Origin: Pecten maximus
Taxonomy: Eukaryota
DNA length: 64,000 bases
Assembly (NCBI RefSeq): GCF_902652985.1
Contig: NC_047033.1
Location: 13,020,001 to 13,084,000 of the forward strand
Direction of reading: 5' to 3'
The position numbers and the translations under genes are program-made. Position 1 is the stretch's first letter, and every line of letters begins with the position of its first letter. This document shows positions 39,335 through 52,316 of this stretch, piece after piece. The notes beneath the pieces were generated by a model, which saw only the letters and a list, made by a program, of their open reading frames with translations, was not told where the DNA came from and ran no database searches.

Positions 39335-39911
39335 TATGCTATGGCGAGTATTGTTGGACCAGGGTCTCCTATTTGGTGAACTGATGTACAAAGAATTCCA
39401 AGATCATTCATCCAAGAACAACAGAGAATACCGACATTATAACAAAATCGTAATTATAACAACTAGGATGAATTGCGAACAAAAATATAGATTTGCATGA
39501 ATATCCTTAAAAATTAAAAAGAGAATATTGATTTCATTTATTGGCGATTTTATGATTACATTGGTATTCTCTGTTGTTCTTGAATGACTTATCTTTTCCT
39601 AGTACATTTAGTATTAATGTCATCTTGACATCGATGCTTTTAATTATTAGTTTATAAAATTGATTTTCAAAATTAAAACATGTTTAATGTACAATTTGAC
39701 TGATCTAATAAGAGGTTCTTTTTCATATATCAATACGCAACGTCAATGGCCGTATTGTTTCGTCTCATTTCCCGCGCCGTTTTCAATTTTTTTTTCATAG
39801 AGGTATGAAAATAAACATTAACCAATCAGAAAGCCGCATACAAGCAATGCAAAATTAATTATTCGTTCACCAAATAAGAGGCGATAGTCCGGTAGCACTC
39901 GCCATATCATA
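39335..39911. mobile_element. Decayed TIR element / MITE with nested inverted repeats
   Basis: ATGGCGAGT...TATTTGGTGAAC (39341-39381) is inverted against GTTCACCAAATA...ACTCGCCAT (39865-39905); inner IR AGAACAACAGAGAATACC / GGTATTCTCTGTTGTTCT. Confidence 0.6.
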
Positions 39912-42900
39912 ATGAGACCAGGTGTTCCAATAGGGTAAGTGTCTTCCGCTAAATCGTCCACACCTGAATCTTAAAGTTATTTTATTAGAAAATTTAATAC
40001 TTGGGTGGAACCGTAGATATTAATCATATCCAACCTTGATTTAATTATCAAATATGTCAGGAAGTTAAGCATATTTTTTGTCACGAACTATACATCTTGT
40101 CCAGGACAAGACGACCAGTGTCGCTCCTTGGTGATGTAATGCGGAAACAACTAGGATCTGATTGTTAGATATGTCTTATGAATATATTCCCTGTGTATTA
40201 TGATATAGTTTATATATACATGTAATTCATGAAACATACGTTTTTGTCATAATATTTTTGTGGATCCCAGTACCACCCTAGCTTTTTATAAACTCTTTTA
40301 AGTCATAAAACACTGATTTGTGGGTAAAAAATAAATTTCAATTTGATTTTATTGTAAAGAGGTGTGTATGGATTTGTATCCCTAGTGAATATTTTGAAAC
40401 CGAGAATTAAAGTACAATTTATTCTGTTTTCATTCTTTATTTGTTTCTTTGTTACCGTTATTGGTTTTCTTTGAGTTGCAAATGCAAATTTGTGAATGAT
40501 AATATATCAGATAGTATTGCAAAAAAAAGTACAGAAACCTCTATATCTCATGCCGCGAAAGTGCTAGGGAGACAGCAGATCTGTGTTTGACTTTTATTGT
40601 ATCATATATATATATATCCATACCATAAATGATATCTTCTGTAAAGGCAATGCAGATTGATAATATGCTGTCTTTGATGATAAAATGATTTTTTAAATCA
40701 TTAAACAAAATTATTTTTAAAACATCTGCTGGAGTAGTTTTTTCTGTATGTTCGGTTAACCTTGCTATGCATTTCAAATATTATTTGAAAATCAGCTCCA
40801 TACCCGCATGCGCCCTTGCCTTCATTCCTACGTATATTTTCCTATGAACATCCCAATAAGCGTTTTGTATAATGCTGCTAGTGTCTTAAACGTTTTTTTG
40901 TTTCTTTTCTTTCATTCAAAAAGAAAATTATAATCTATTGTTTCATTATTGTGAAAACAATAAAAAATGAAACATTAAAATAAAATTGTTTCTCTAAATC
41001 TTTGCACATCTACCAAACAGCATGATGTGGCTGTAGTTGTGTCCTTTCCTACGATTTGAATTTCTTCTATTTTTTCGGTGTCACTACAGACAATACTTAA
41101 CTGTACTTAAAGTATCATTACTAAATGAAACGGAGGACCTAGGTAAAATGACAGCACCTTTCAATATCGAATTCTGGGACTCCACAGTGGTGCTAAAAGT
41201 CAAAATGGAAGGAAAGACCTGGAAATCTAAAAAGGCTCCAGGGTAGAATGCGACACTGAAGTCATAATTAAATCGTAATGTTAAATATGTCACTAGCGAA
41301 TCATGGGACTAACAACAAACATAATGAGCTAACTCTCTAGCAAACCCCAAGGGATGCATAAAAGACGCGTAAGTAAAAGAACCCTTAAATAAAAATCTTA
41401 GATACAACTTTGGTATCTGCATTATAAAGCTTGTTTGTACTTCTTTGCTGGTAGGCGATACTTTTCTGATTATCCAAAATATATTATTCCAAGATTAAGA
41501 AACAAAGTTATACATTTAATGTTGTTGCTAACAATTAAAGATGCGAACTTCTGTGATAGGAACGGAGAAAACCTTGAAATTAATGGTGTAAATAATCCCT
41601 AATCACACCGTCAGCTTCCCCTTCACAAAGAAGCAAACGCCGTATCCAGTCTTCTGTATATCTGGTTAGGTACAACCTCATATATGAAAGAAAATAAATT
41701 AAGATATGATGGAATTAATTCCATTGTGAATCACCAAATACTTTCGGTCAATCTTAATATATATGTAAAATGTATTTCAAAACGTTTGCGAAACAAGTTA
41801 TACCACCTTATATTAATCACTGTTGTTTGTTCGAATGGAAGCGTACACCGGGATCTAGTGTGAAAGGAAACATGATAACCCAGAGAATAACCACATGGTC
41901 GGGTAGGCCAACCATACCATTTCCCGATCGGGAAAATTAGCCTCTGTTTCCTAGGTAGAAAGGCTGAGTACGTCACCACCGCGCCATCCGACACTCCTGA
42001 CTTCGATACATCCTTATGTGATTTCAGAGGGTTACTATCCAAGGATACTTGTGTCCAATGAAAATAGTATTCTTTAATATGATTTGACAGTTCATATTTC
42101 AGTATGGAATTATCACAAATTGGGTGGACGAATGATCTACGTCGGCGATTTGCGATTGATATTCAGCGACCAGAATCTATAAGGAGTCAGTGTATTTATT
42201 ACAATGTAATACTGCGGAACCATTGTATATTTTTCTTTGTCGGAAAATGTTTGATAGTCACATTTCTTTATTTGATAACCGGAGCTGTACCTCTTGGAAG
42301 AGGAGCAATATTTGGATATTCATGTACCGCAGTGAACATTATTTGTATGTGGAAATCATTCTTTTTCAGAAAATTACTTTTTTTACAACTTTATACTGCA
42401 TTGAAATACAATTAAGAAAAAAGAAACTTTCAAACAGATTGCAAAGAACAGCAATGTGAAAATTTTAGCCGTCTGTGTTATTGCGGCCCATACTTACACA
42501 TGTAAACACTTCTTGCTATTCAAACAAACGATTTGATGCATGTGTAATTTATTACTGAGTATGTGTTAATTTAATCAGTTATTATTGAAGAGTAATAAAA
42601 CCACTACAGTGCATACGAAATCTGGATAGACTAAAGTCAGTTCATTATAAAAATGGACGGGATGATTATTCAAGGAAGAAAATAATCAATCGAGGTTATA
42701 TGTGTTGTCCATTGTTTGCCAATACATTCGGCCGATTATGATGAGTGAAATGAAACCACAGAAAAATAAATATACGAAACTTCAATTGAAGATTTATCGT
42801 TTTAATAGTATCAGTTGTTACAGTCAGGACACTCGCCATAATAATTTCCCTTAATAACACATGTTAACTCTTATTTAACTATAATCATTGCTATCGAGTT

Positions 42901-43005
42901 TTGAATTGACAAGAAATTTGCTATTAGCACTTCAATTACCAGATTAAAAATGTATATTATTCTATATTATCATATTTTTTTGATAACCTACAATGAATGA
43001 ATTAA

Positions 43006-43432
43006 CTAACACTTTGATCCAACAATAAAATAATATGAGCTGAAGTCTTGAAGCTGTGCATCAACTGCAGTTCCTTGAATTTCCTCGGCAGCTATGGTTT
43101 TGTATCCTGTTTCGGCCATTGCAGAATCTATTTGCTTCCTGGAGATATTTATCGTACGGTAATTGTACTCTCCAACTTGGTAAAGTCCTCCCTCCAAACA
43201 AGCCGCGAGGACGAGGTACCCACCCTTCTTCAGAAGTGTGGAAACATTCTCGATACAGCTTTTATATTCTGCAACATTACTTACTGCCGCCTCGAAACAA
43301 TAGCTTGTAACTATGATGTCAAAAGGTGCTCCGTCATAGTCACTTCCGAGAGGTTGCTGTGACGTCACGTCTATAGGTACAATGCCTTTGACCTTTTGTC
43401 TTATCTCCTTTTCTCTTTCTTCAGCAGTCACC
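43006..43432 (-). CDS. NNMT-like exon 3
   Basis: ORF 43006-43431; acceptor tttttataaag|. Confidence 0.93.
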
Positions 43433-45115
43433 CTTTATAAAAAAAATAAGCTTAACATGTCATTATGATGTCATACAAAACTAAATTAAATATGTGAATA
43501 ACCAATCACAATGTTGAATGGAATCAATGTTATTAATTTCATACTTGTTTTTATTTTGAAAATAGCATCTTCTTACTACATCTATGCGACAATTTTCATA
43601 TCAAATAAAATCTGGTTATGTAATATGAGATTCATTAAACATTCGTAAAAATGTATATGCATCACACCTAATGCGCTTGGTATATCAAATTAATCATTTA
43701 ATCAATTCTATATGAAACAGACACACATGTACGATCATCTCTATGTATAATACAAATGATATGGATGTTTAAGGGTAAGGTTTTGTAACAACAAAAAGAC
43801 GTAAGATGCTCACGTGCGACCATCCAGACTGCTGACGTAGTCAATCATCATTTTCGGATGATCTATCTTCCCACTTCGCCATTTCTCTAGGTATTGACGG
43901 TTCTGAGATGTGTAGTCAGATAGGAAGATCTCGTCTACGTGATTACTAGCCGAGATTACAGTGTGAATGGATGGGCCAGTACCAACATCAAGGAGACGCT
44001 TACCACGAATTGGATCTGCAGAAACACAAGTGTATAAAAAACAGATAATATTTGAGCTTCAGGAAGTATACATTATGTTTTGATATCTATCCACTTAATT
44101 GTTTGAAGCAGAGATCAAAACTATTCGTTAATTTGTAAAAACTCCTTTTGTTCTATGCGTTTATCATCCATGAACCTTTGTAGATTTGAAAAATCGGGGG
44201 CTTTCATCAGTCATGTATACTGTGAAATTGAATAAATAAAAATTGATTTGTTGCACAGCTTGGACAATGCCGAGTTATATGACAATATTTCCTTTTGCTC
44301 TACATATTCACTAGATAGTCGTACCAAGTAAAATAGAAAATTGTCATATCATAATTATCACATAATTCCCAATGATGCAGTGACATGAAGAACAATGTTC
44401 GTGACGTCGTTCCTTAATGACGTCGTTTATACTAAAAATAATTTTGACGTCACGTATGTTTCCGCTACTGGATTGATGAAGTTTCGATTGATCGTTGTAA
44501 CTTTGTATGTAGTTATGTTGTATAAAGAGGTGAAAAGCTTCCCGGTGGAATTTATTGATTTAAATAGTTATTCTGTGATTATTTTCACAAACTATATTTT
44601 GTAGCGGGAACAGTCGCGTGTACTCGTGACTTTATAAGAACCCCCTCCCCCTCTTTATACACGCTTGTATGGCCATTGCAACAACACCGTTACAGGCAAA
44701 TATCATTAACTGGAAATATGTAAAAAATATTTTCAAATTTCACAAATTTCCCAATCACAGAGAAATTATCTTAAAACATAATGGAACTTGATCTGTTTTG
44801 TCTTGTTTAGTCATTAGAATTTCTTTTTAGTTGATTTTCAAAATCAAAGAAGACTTTTTTTCTAAGTGTACAGAGAACATTATTCGTGCAATTGATGAGT
44901 GTGAACTATAGTAAAATACCTTAATCTAGATCAACCGTTTTCTTAAAATTTATTGATATTGTGTGACATTGTGTCTTACTTTGGCTGAAGAATCGGTGGT
45001 AGATATTGAGATCAAGCCTCATATTGATGGAGGCCTCTTCAGTCCCTATATAGTTGTCAAGGTACCATTCGGGATCAAACTTAGCATAATCCTCCGTCTG
45101 TGGCCGATCTTCCAT
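43006..45115 (-). CDS. NNMT: NNMT/INMT/PNMT-family SAM-dependent small-molecule methyltransferase (NNMT-like; orthology not established), 3 coding exons, 254 aa
   Basis: Exons (minus) 45115-44980, 44015-43814, 43432-43006 = 765 nt, GT-AG. Motifs FDPEWYLDNY, LLDVGTGPSI (SAM motif I), LSDY, IDVTSQQPL, DIIVTSYCFEAA and LLKKGGYLVL match the family. Confidence 0.92.
43814..44015 (-). CDS. NNMT-like exon 2 (SAM-binding motif I)
   Basis: tttctgcag| PIRGKRLLDVGTGPSIHTVISASNHVDEIFLSDYTSQNRQYLEKW...LDGR |gtgag. Confidence 0.93.
44980..45115 (-). CDS. NNMT-like exon 1
   Basis: MEDRPQTEDYAKFDPEWYLDNY...RFFSQ, donor |gtaag phase 1. Confidence 0.9.
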
Positions 45116-48100
45116 CTTTGAATATTGTTCAGCTTAAACTAGCGAAAAGAGCTGAAATTCATTGAGAGACATATGATTTATAACGTTTTCTTCATCTTAA
45201 AATGTTTTTTTGATATCCCCATATTTTAAACAAACAAGTCTATAAAGCATTTTAAAGCTTTCGGGTCAAATAAAGAGAATTTCTTAGATAATATGGTGTT
45301 TTGACATCATTTTGACTACATTTTGTATGCACGTATTACCATCAAAAGTACTTAAGTAAAACATTGGCTATATCAACCCTCGAAATGAGCCTTTGAATTG
45401 ACAAACAAATTATCATAAAAAGGATTTTTTACGATTTTGTTTTTTATTCTTATTCAATTCCGATTTTAAGCCAAACAAAAAGAACGATTACAACCAGACA
45501 TACTGCATGATTCAAATAGAAATTAGGATAACTTTAAAAAGATACATTTTCTTACATTGACCCCCAAGATTACAAATAGCTACTCTTCTGAACCAGTAAG
45601 TCAGGAAATTGTAATAATAAAAACATTTTTAAATTAATAAAATTCCACTTAGTATATATTTGTTGAGAAATGGGATTTTAAAATGGTTATTTAAAAAAAA
45701 ATATGATATTTGCTAAGGGTAAGGGTTAGTAGTTATTACAATAAGATCAAAGTTTGAATAACGGTATCTTATATTCTAACATCAAACAGAATGGACTTTA
45801 TCTCTGTATACTTGCATAGCATCAATACATTTAAGTTAAGAAATTGTGTACCAGCCAGTATCATAAGAATGGGAAAAAAACATGTGCTGCGAAAATAGAA
45901 TTAGAGCCAAACATTGCTACGAAAACATCTAAACATGTTTTAAAAGGTATTCAGATTTTTGTAAAGCATAAACAACACAAACTTTTAAAGAAAAATAAAT
46001 AATCAAAAAAATAATGTAAGTGAACAAAAAACAAAAACTTAAACCCCTATTAAAGAGAGTGTCACTCATTGTTTCGTTCTTTTGTTATCTAGAAATCCAC
46101 ATAATTCTATTCTTGTCCATTGTTAGCTGTTGTTATCTACGTCTTCACGAACCTATCGTCACATTCCATTCCAAGGTCATTTGAAAAGAGTGTTTCATTG
46201 ACCGATAGTTTATAAAGTATGTCACACCCAACAGCATGTACATGTTCCCGTCATAATACGTCAATATACTAGTGTCAGACCAACACATTTATTGACCGAT
46301 CACGTGTAGTTGTGAGATAAAAGTAGGCATGATATGACGTGGCATTACCTGATGAGTTCTCTAACTCAAATGATCTTCTGTGAACAAAATTAATTTAATG
46401 TTTTTCATTATTGTTTTTGTCCGGTGAAATAATGATAGAATATAATTATAAAATTGTAACATTTGTTTTCTTTATCATTTCCATTTCCTACGCTGGCGTT
46501 CCCCCCTCATGATGATGGTGTATACTGACATTTATCTGACCATATGAATTAATTCCTGCCCTACAACCTACTGTTTTTCAGGATAAATCTTGTAGGAATC
46601 TTCGACATGTCAGTTTACATTTCGTAGTAAGGAATTGACTGTATTTTTAGATGATGTTCCCTCTAGAAGCATTTCACTCAATTATAGTTGCGCTAATATT
46701 ATTTTTCTGCAGTATTTCCTATGACAATCATTGTTGGTGCACTGATTTAGCATTCCGATAATATGTTTTAATTAAGATTTTGCTATATAAAATGTGTACG
46801 TTATATTAAGTGCATTTACATAATTAATACCATAGTTTTTTAAACACTTCATCAAGAGAAATGACATAAAAACATGAAGGTTAGCTGGCTATCCTTCGGT
46901 AAAAGTACCAAATCCATGCTCATTACAGATTAGCTGTATTAGGTCGTTCTCCAAAAAAGGACCCTAACTGCCAGTTTAATGCTGGCTAGCAGAACACATT
47001 ATCCCAAACCAATTGAGAGTCAGTGGAGCCAATATAGATTTACCATATACAAAAGTAGCTATTTCGTACTTTCAGGACTCGTCAGTGATGCTAAGTGGAC
47101 GACCACAATAGGCCGAAAGAAATGCACTGATCTGGATGGCAGGTGTGAAGACATTTATGATATGATCCTATCTGTTTCGAGGACATTAACCCTGATAAAG
47201 AGAACATAAAAAACGTATCTGTGACACGGACCTTATATGAAAAAGTGACGAGCAGATTATAACGTCTACTATATAATTGCATATATCAGCAAATATGTTT
47301 ATCATCAAGATCCAATTGGAAATATTTTCGTTTTGCAATATGAATTTAGACGTGTTCGGTGTCGTTGATATGCCTGGTAGTTCCACTGTCTCCACCCTAC
47401 TTCTCATTTTAATAATGTGACATCAGCTGGATTTGACTTAGATCTGTGTGGTGGTTGCTCCGATTTGACCAAGATTTGTGTTGTGAGTGTTCTCGATGAA
47501 GCAGAAGACGCTTAACCAGCTGGAGCATCTTGGCCTGTATTCATGGAACCGTAATCGTGATCTGAGATCTGTACAAACATTTTGCTATGATTTGAAGGAA
47601 ATTTGGAAAAACTTCAAGTGGAATGATATTTTCAATGATTAGGTTATTCTTTTAAACAGCTATACGAAAGATGTATTTTTCGTTCAGATTCGTGACGAGA
47701 CTCTTAAAATGCATCTACTACCCTAGTTCTACATATTGAGAATTTGACTAGACCCGGATTTGACCTTAATTTGCATCATTGTGTGTTGTCGATCAAACAG
47801 AAAACGCTTATCCTTGCGAAACACTTTGTCCTATTCTTCTTTTCAATGATCTTCATGCAAATCTACAATTTGTGTCAACATTTCAGGTTTCTTATGTTAG
47901 AAGATTTGTTATTAGAAGAATTTTCAAAAATGGCCCATTTGGCGGCTATTTTGAAATTGTAGTTTTCTTGCCTTTTGTGCAAGGCTCAAATTTCACATTT
48001 TTGGACTTAAATGATTACACTTAAACCATCTATGCGTTGTCCATTTTGAATGTTTCTAACTCATTTTTGTATATACGATGTATATCATGTCAAATTCTAA

Positions 48101-49894
48101 TTTTGATCCACAATAGCTCAAAAACGAGCATACCGACATGTCATTTTCTTTTCATTTTGTATATCTCTGTATTCTCCCGTTTAAAATGAGGTAAAATATT
48201 TTAAAAGTTAGTCATCAGAAAATTTTGACTTTTCACCAGAGCAGATGCAGATCCTCAAAATATTATTAGATTTGTGTAACAGTATACAATGCTTCCTCTA
48301 CTGTTTCATACACCTTGTTTTCACTTACTGTATAACATGAAACATTCGTTGGGTATACATTTTCGTTGACTTCGAAGTTGCTATGGATCAATGAATGTAT
48401 ATACAACGATTATTGTTGCATACATTGTTGTTATATTATTATTGTTTCTAAGTTTGTACCCATGAAATAATTTGAAAGCCTCCAAACCACGAAGTACACA
48501 CGAACATTTATGATATAAGTATCTAATTCACCTATTTAAATGCTGGTTGAAATTATGTCACATTCGCTATCTCTGATCACATTCTGGCAATGTTAGGTAT
48601 TATCGTGATGAAGGATCACACAACAGATACACTTAACACACGAAGTAGATAATGGCATGTGAAATTGTTCAGCTGGTAGTCATGACAATACACCGAAACA
48701 AACAGATCAAATCGCAAGTTGTGTAAGGTAGTTTTTGGATAATTCATTGGGTCAGATTTTCCTAGATGATTTGTTTTTGTCATTGTGAAATCACGGAAAC
48801 TTATTTTGGTATTAGAATTTCTGGTTGTTCCCTAGCTTATCCATACTACGTATTATTACCACACTTCTAGTATTATGCCGTACGCCGACTTTATATAAAT
48901 CAAAATCGTATCATTCTGAATTATTTGTTAAGAATTATATAACATTATTTTTCGTTTTTGCATGCTTAACAATCTTTTAAAAAAGTGATGATTTTGCAGC
49001 CAATTAATGTTCGGCATAATATTATGACCAGCAGCGAAAACACAAACGGAAATTTGACCGACAACAATGTGACAAAAGATTGTACAAAAGACAAACTAAT
49101 TGAGGGTTAAATACAGTATAGCCAAAATGAAGTAAACTGTATCATACAGCTGTTTCGTGCTTCTAGACCTTTCAAGGGATGCTAAGGCAAGCTAACAAAA
49201 GAGGTCCTGGCCGAAAGAAATACCCACATGTGGATGATAAAAGTCAGAATCATAGACATCAGTGATTCTAAGGGCATACAGTGATCACAGGAGAGGACAA
49301 AAAACCTTGCAGTACGCCAATAGGGATTCAAAATATCGGATATTGTTAATAAATACACATTTAAAAAAAAGGAACCCTTACCCTCACACATAGTCAATAA
49401 AATATGTTAGATTCAAGATTTAGGCATCGGAATATGTGGAAAAACGAGGGAGGGCTAAATATTTGCAACAATCGTTTTGTACACTGTTAGTTATCATAAT
49501 TAATCGTGCCGTGTCAGTCAATGTATCAAACACACGACACCACAACAGGTCACTACCACCTTAAATACCAATGCTTGCCATTAAAGTCTCAGTCACGTAT
49601 ATGATTTTTCGTGTCACGTGTGAAATGTCACGTTTTGGCCACGCCGTTGTACCTCATTTTTGATCTTCACGATTGCAAGTTTATCATGATGTACTAGTCA
49701 CGGTGACGTCATATCGCGTCGCTGTGACACTACGGTATAGGCACTTTAAACTAAACTTCAGTTTTCTTTGTATCTTGCTGTCGCTTCTTTTTGATTTGGT
49801 ATTTGGTATCAAACTAGCCCTATTGTCTATGTTTTACTGCGTTTATACTTAAACTAAAATATATATATCTTTTAATCAGAGTTATTTTAGTGTT

Positions 49895-52316
49895 CCATGG
49901 TACAAGATACTCAAAAATGGTTGGAATATACATGGAGGTGGAGTAATTATGCTACATTAAGTCAACTCTCCCAGCAAGACGTCGTCCAGATTTAGAATTT
50001 TCAAAAAGATAGTAAAGCTGACCCATCAATTATTTTGAATGAAGACGACAAATTCATATCTAACCAAAAATAAGTTTTTAGTACTTTTAATGACTACTCC
50101 ATCAATGTTGCGAGTGAAATAGGCTCTGATGACAGGTTTGGTTTGTTTGGTTTGTTTTTGTTTAACGTCCTATTAACAGCCAGGGTCCTTTAAGAACGTG
50201 CCAGGTTTTGGAGGTGGAGGAAAGCCGGAGTACCCGGAGAAAAACCACCGGCCTACGGTCAGTACCTGGCAACTGCCCCACGTAGGTTTCGAACTCGCAA
50301 CCCAGAGGTGGAGGGCTAGTGTTAAAGTGTCGGGACACCTTAAGCACTCGGCCACCGCGATGACAGTGACTTTAATGCTCATCCTAGCATTTAAAAAATT
50401 CTAGAACAGAATGACCCTGTTGTTAATCATTTCAATTTTAATCCTGTAAACTCAAAATATGTTTCTAAACTGATCTCAATGATCCAGAGTAAGAAGCTAC
50501 AGGTGCTGATGACATATCAGCAAAGATTTTGAAATCATGTGCTGACACCATTGGTCAGCCTTTAAGCAGCCTTATTAATTTTAGTTTTGAAAACCATACC
50601 TTTCCTGAAACTTTAAAACAAGCACAAGTTCTACCTAATTTTTAAAAAAGAATTCCTCTAGACAAACAGAACTATAGATCTGTAAACATCCTACCAACTG
50701 TATCCAAGCTCTTTGAAAGAGCTATACATAACCAACTTAAAGTCTTCTTTAACAATATGTTCAGTCCTTTCTTAGCGGCTTTCCGACGGGGTGTCCTTAG
50801 GGGAACTTTCCTTAGGCTTGTCGAGGACTGGAAGCTAGCTCTAGACCAACATAGGTGTGTGGCAGCTATCCTCATGGGTCTGTCTTAGGCGTTGGACTGT
50901 CTCCACCATGGACTTCTGCTTGCACAGCTGGAAGCTTATGGTCTGTCGGGGAGGCTGTTAAACTCCTTGACATCTACCTGAGGAATCGCCAGCAGCAGAT
51001 CAAGATTGGTCCTCCTACTAGTACCTGGGGTGATCTCCTGAAAGGCGTCCCCTGGGGTCTATTATAGGACCACTCATGTTCAATATATTCATGAATGGTA
51101 TTTGTTTTTATTTTGTTGAAAAATCTTTGCTCTATAATTATGCGGATGGCAAAACTTTGACATACTAGTATATGGATCAAACTGTTCTCAAAAGAGTATT
51201 TGAGAAGGACAGTGAAGCTCGTATCAACTGGTTTGACAATAATTCCATGAAAGTAAATCAAGATCAATTCCAGCCAATATTCCTTAGGAAAAAAGACCAA
51301 TGACAAAACGACCTCATTCAATATATCTGGAACTGAAGTGAAATGTAATAAGAATGTTACACTACTAGGTGTCAATAAAGTCTTTTTGTTTGAATTTGAT
51401 GACAATGTCACAGACATCTGTAAAAAAAAAAAGCCTCTAAACAATAGCTGTCCTTAAGAGAATCGGAAAATTTCTAACTAAACAAGGTCTATTATTTACA
51501 ACTTTTTTTATTCTCTCCAACAACTTTAATCACTGTCCCATTGTAAGGCACTTTTGATGTACACATTTACATCTAACAGTTAATGTAGACAAAATACAAG
51601 AAAGATGTTTTCGATTTGTCACCGACGACCATGAGTCTCCTGTTGAATCTATCCCGGCTAATTCCAACTCAAACCTTTTTCATGTAATACAGTACACAGC
51701 TTATTGCTAAGAAGGCTTTTAAAATAATAAATAAGGATGCGGATGCTACTAGATATCTGCACAACTTGCTGGCTTTCAAAACATTTTCGTGTGACTCTAG
51801 GAGGGAACACCGACTGAGTTCTACGAGGTGTAGATTGAAATCGTTCCGTTATCAGGCCACGTGCATGTGGAACACGTGACATATGTCCAATGACTCCCCA
51901 ATGACATACGCATGACTGACTCTTAAAGGTCGTTAGACAGACTGTTCCGTATGTGGGATGGACCTCTGTGCAGCTGCCCAGTTTGCAAGTTTTGATTAGT
52001 GCTGTTATTGTACATTTAGTAATTACTCTAACTTATACCTGCTGGGTTATGCTTTTTAATTATGCTTTGTATGTTTTAATGTAAAGTTCTGCCTGTGATT
52101 TTGTTTTGCATAATGCTGAAAATCCTTGTACAATGATTTTAGCATGTTTTTTCTGTCTTTTATTTATGTTTTATTTATGCTGCATGACTGTGATTTATCT
52201 ATTGTTGCTTTTACTTTGTTCTGTCGAAATACAAGCTCTTCTGAGCTTATTTTTTTTTTATTTTCCCACAATTTTCGACGCAAAATAAAGCTTCTTTATT
52301 TGTCCCTGTATCTGAT
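49895..52316 (+). mobile_element. Decayed non-LTR retrotransposon (CR1/L2-group LINE) with endonuclease remnant and reverse transcriptase pseudogene
   Basis: Frameshifted translation gives HGGGV...RRRPDLE (APE endonuclease-like), ATGADDISAKILK, NYRSVNILPTVSKLFE, LRLVEDWK, KGVPWGS-GP, YNYADG (YADD decayed), a C-terminal WDGPLCSCPVC and an AATAAA near 52284. Confidence 0.88.
50136..50358 (-). mobile_element. tRNA-derived SINE (223 bp) inserted in the LINE, 8-bp TSD GATGACAG
   Basis: Minus strand shows A box TGGCCGAGTG, B box GTTCGAAAC, core TTCTCCGGGTACTCCGGCTTTCCTCC (V-SINE-domain-like) and a (CAAA)n tail; TSDs at 50128-50135 and 50359-50366. Confidence 0.9.

Noticed and set aside
50672-51444. 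ORFs 50672-50875, 50855-51067 and 50974-51444 as genes
   Set aside because: Fragments or antisense of the frameshifted LINE reverse transcriptase.
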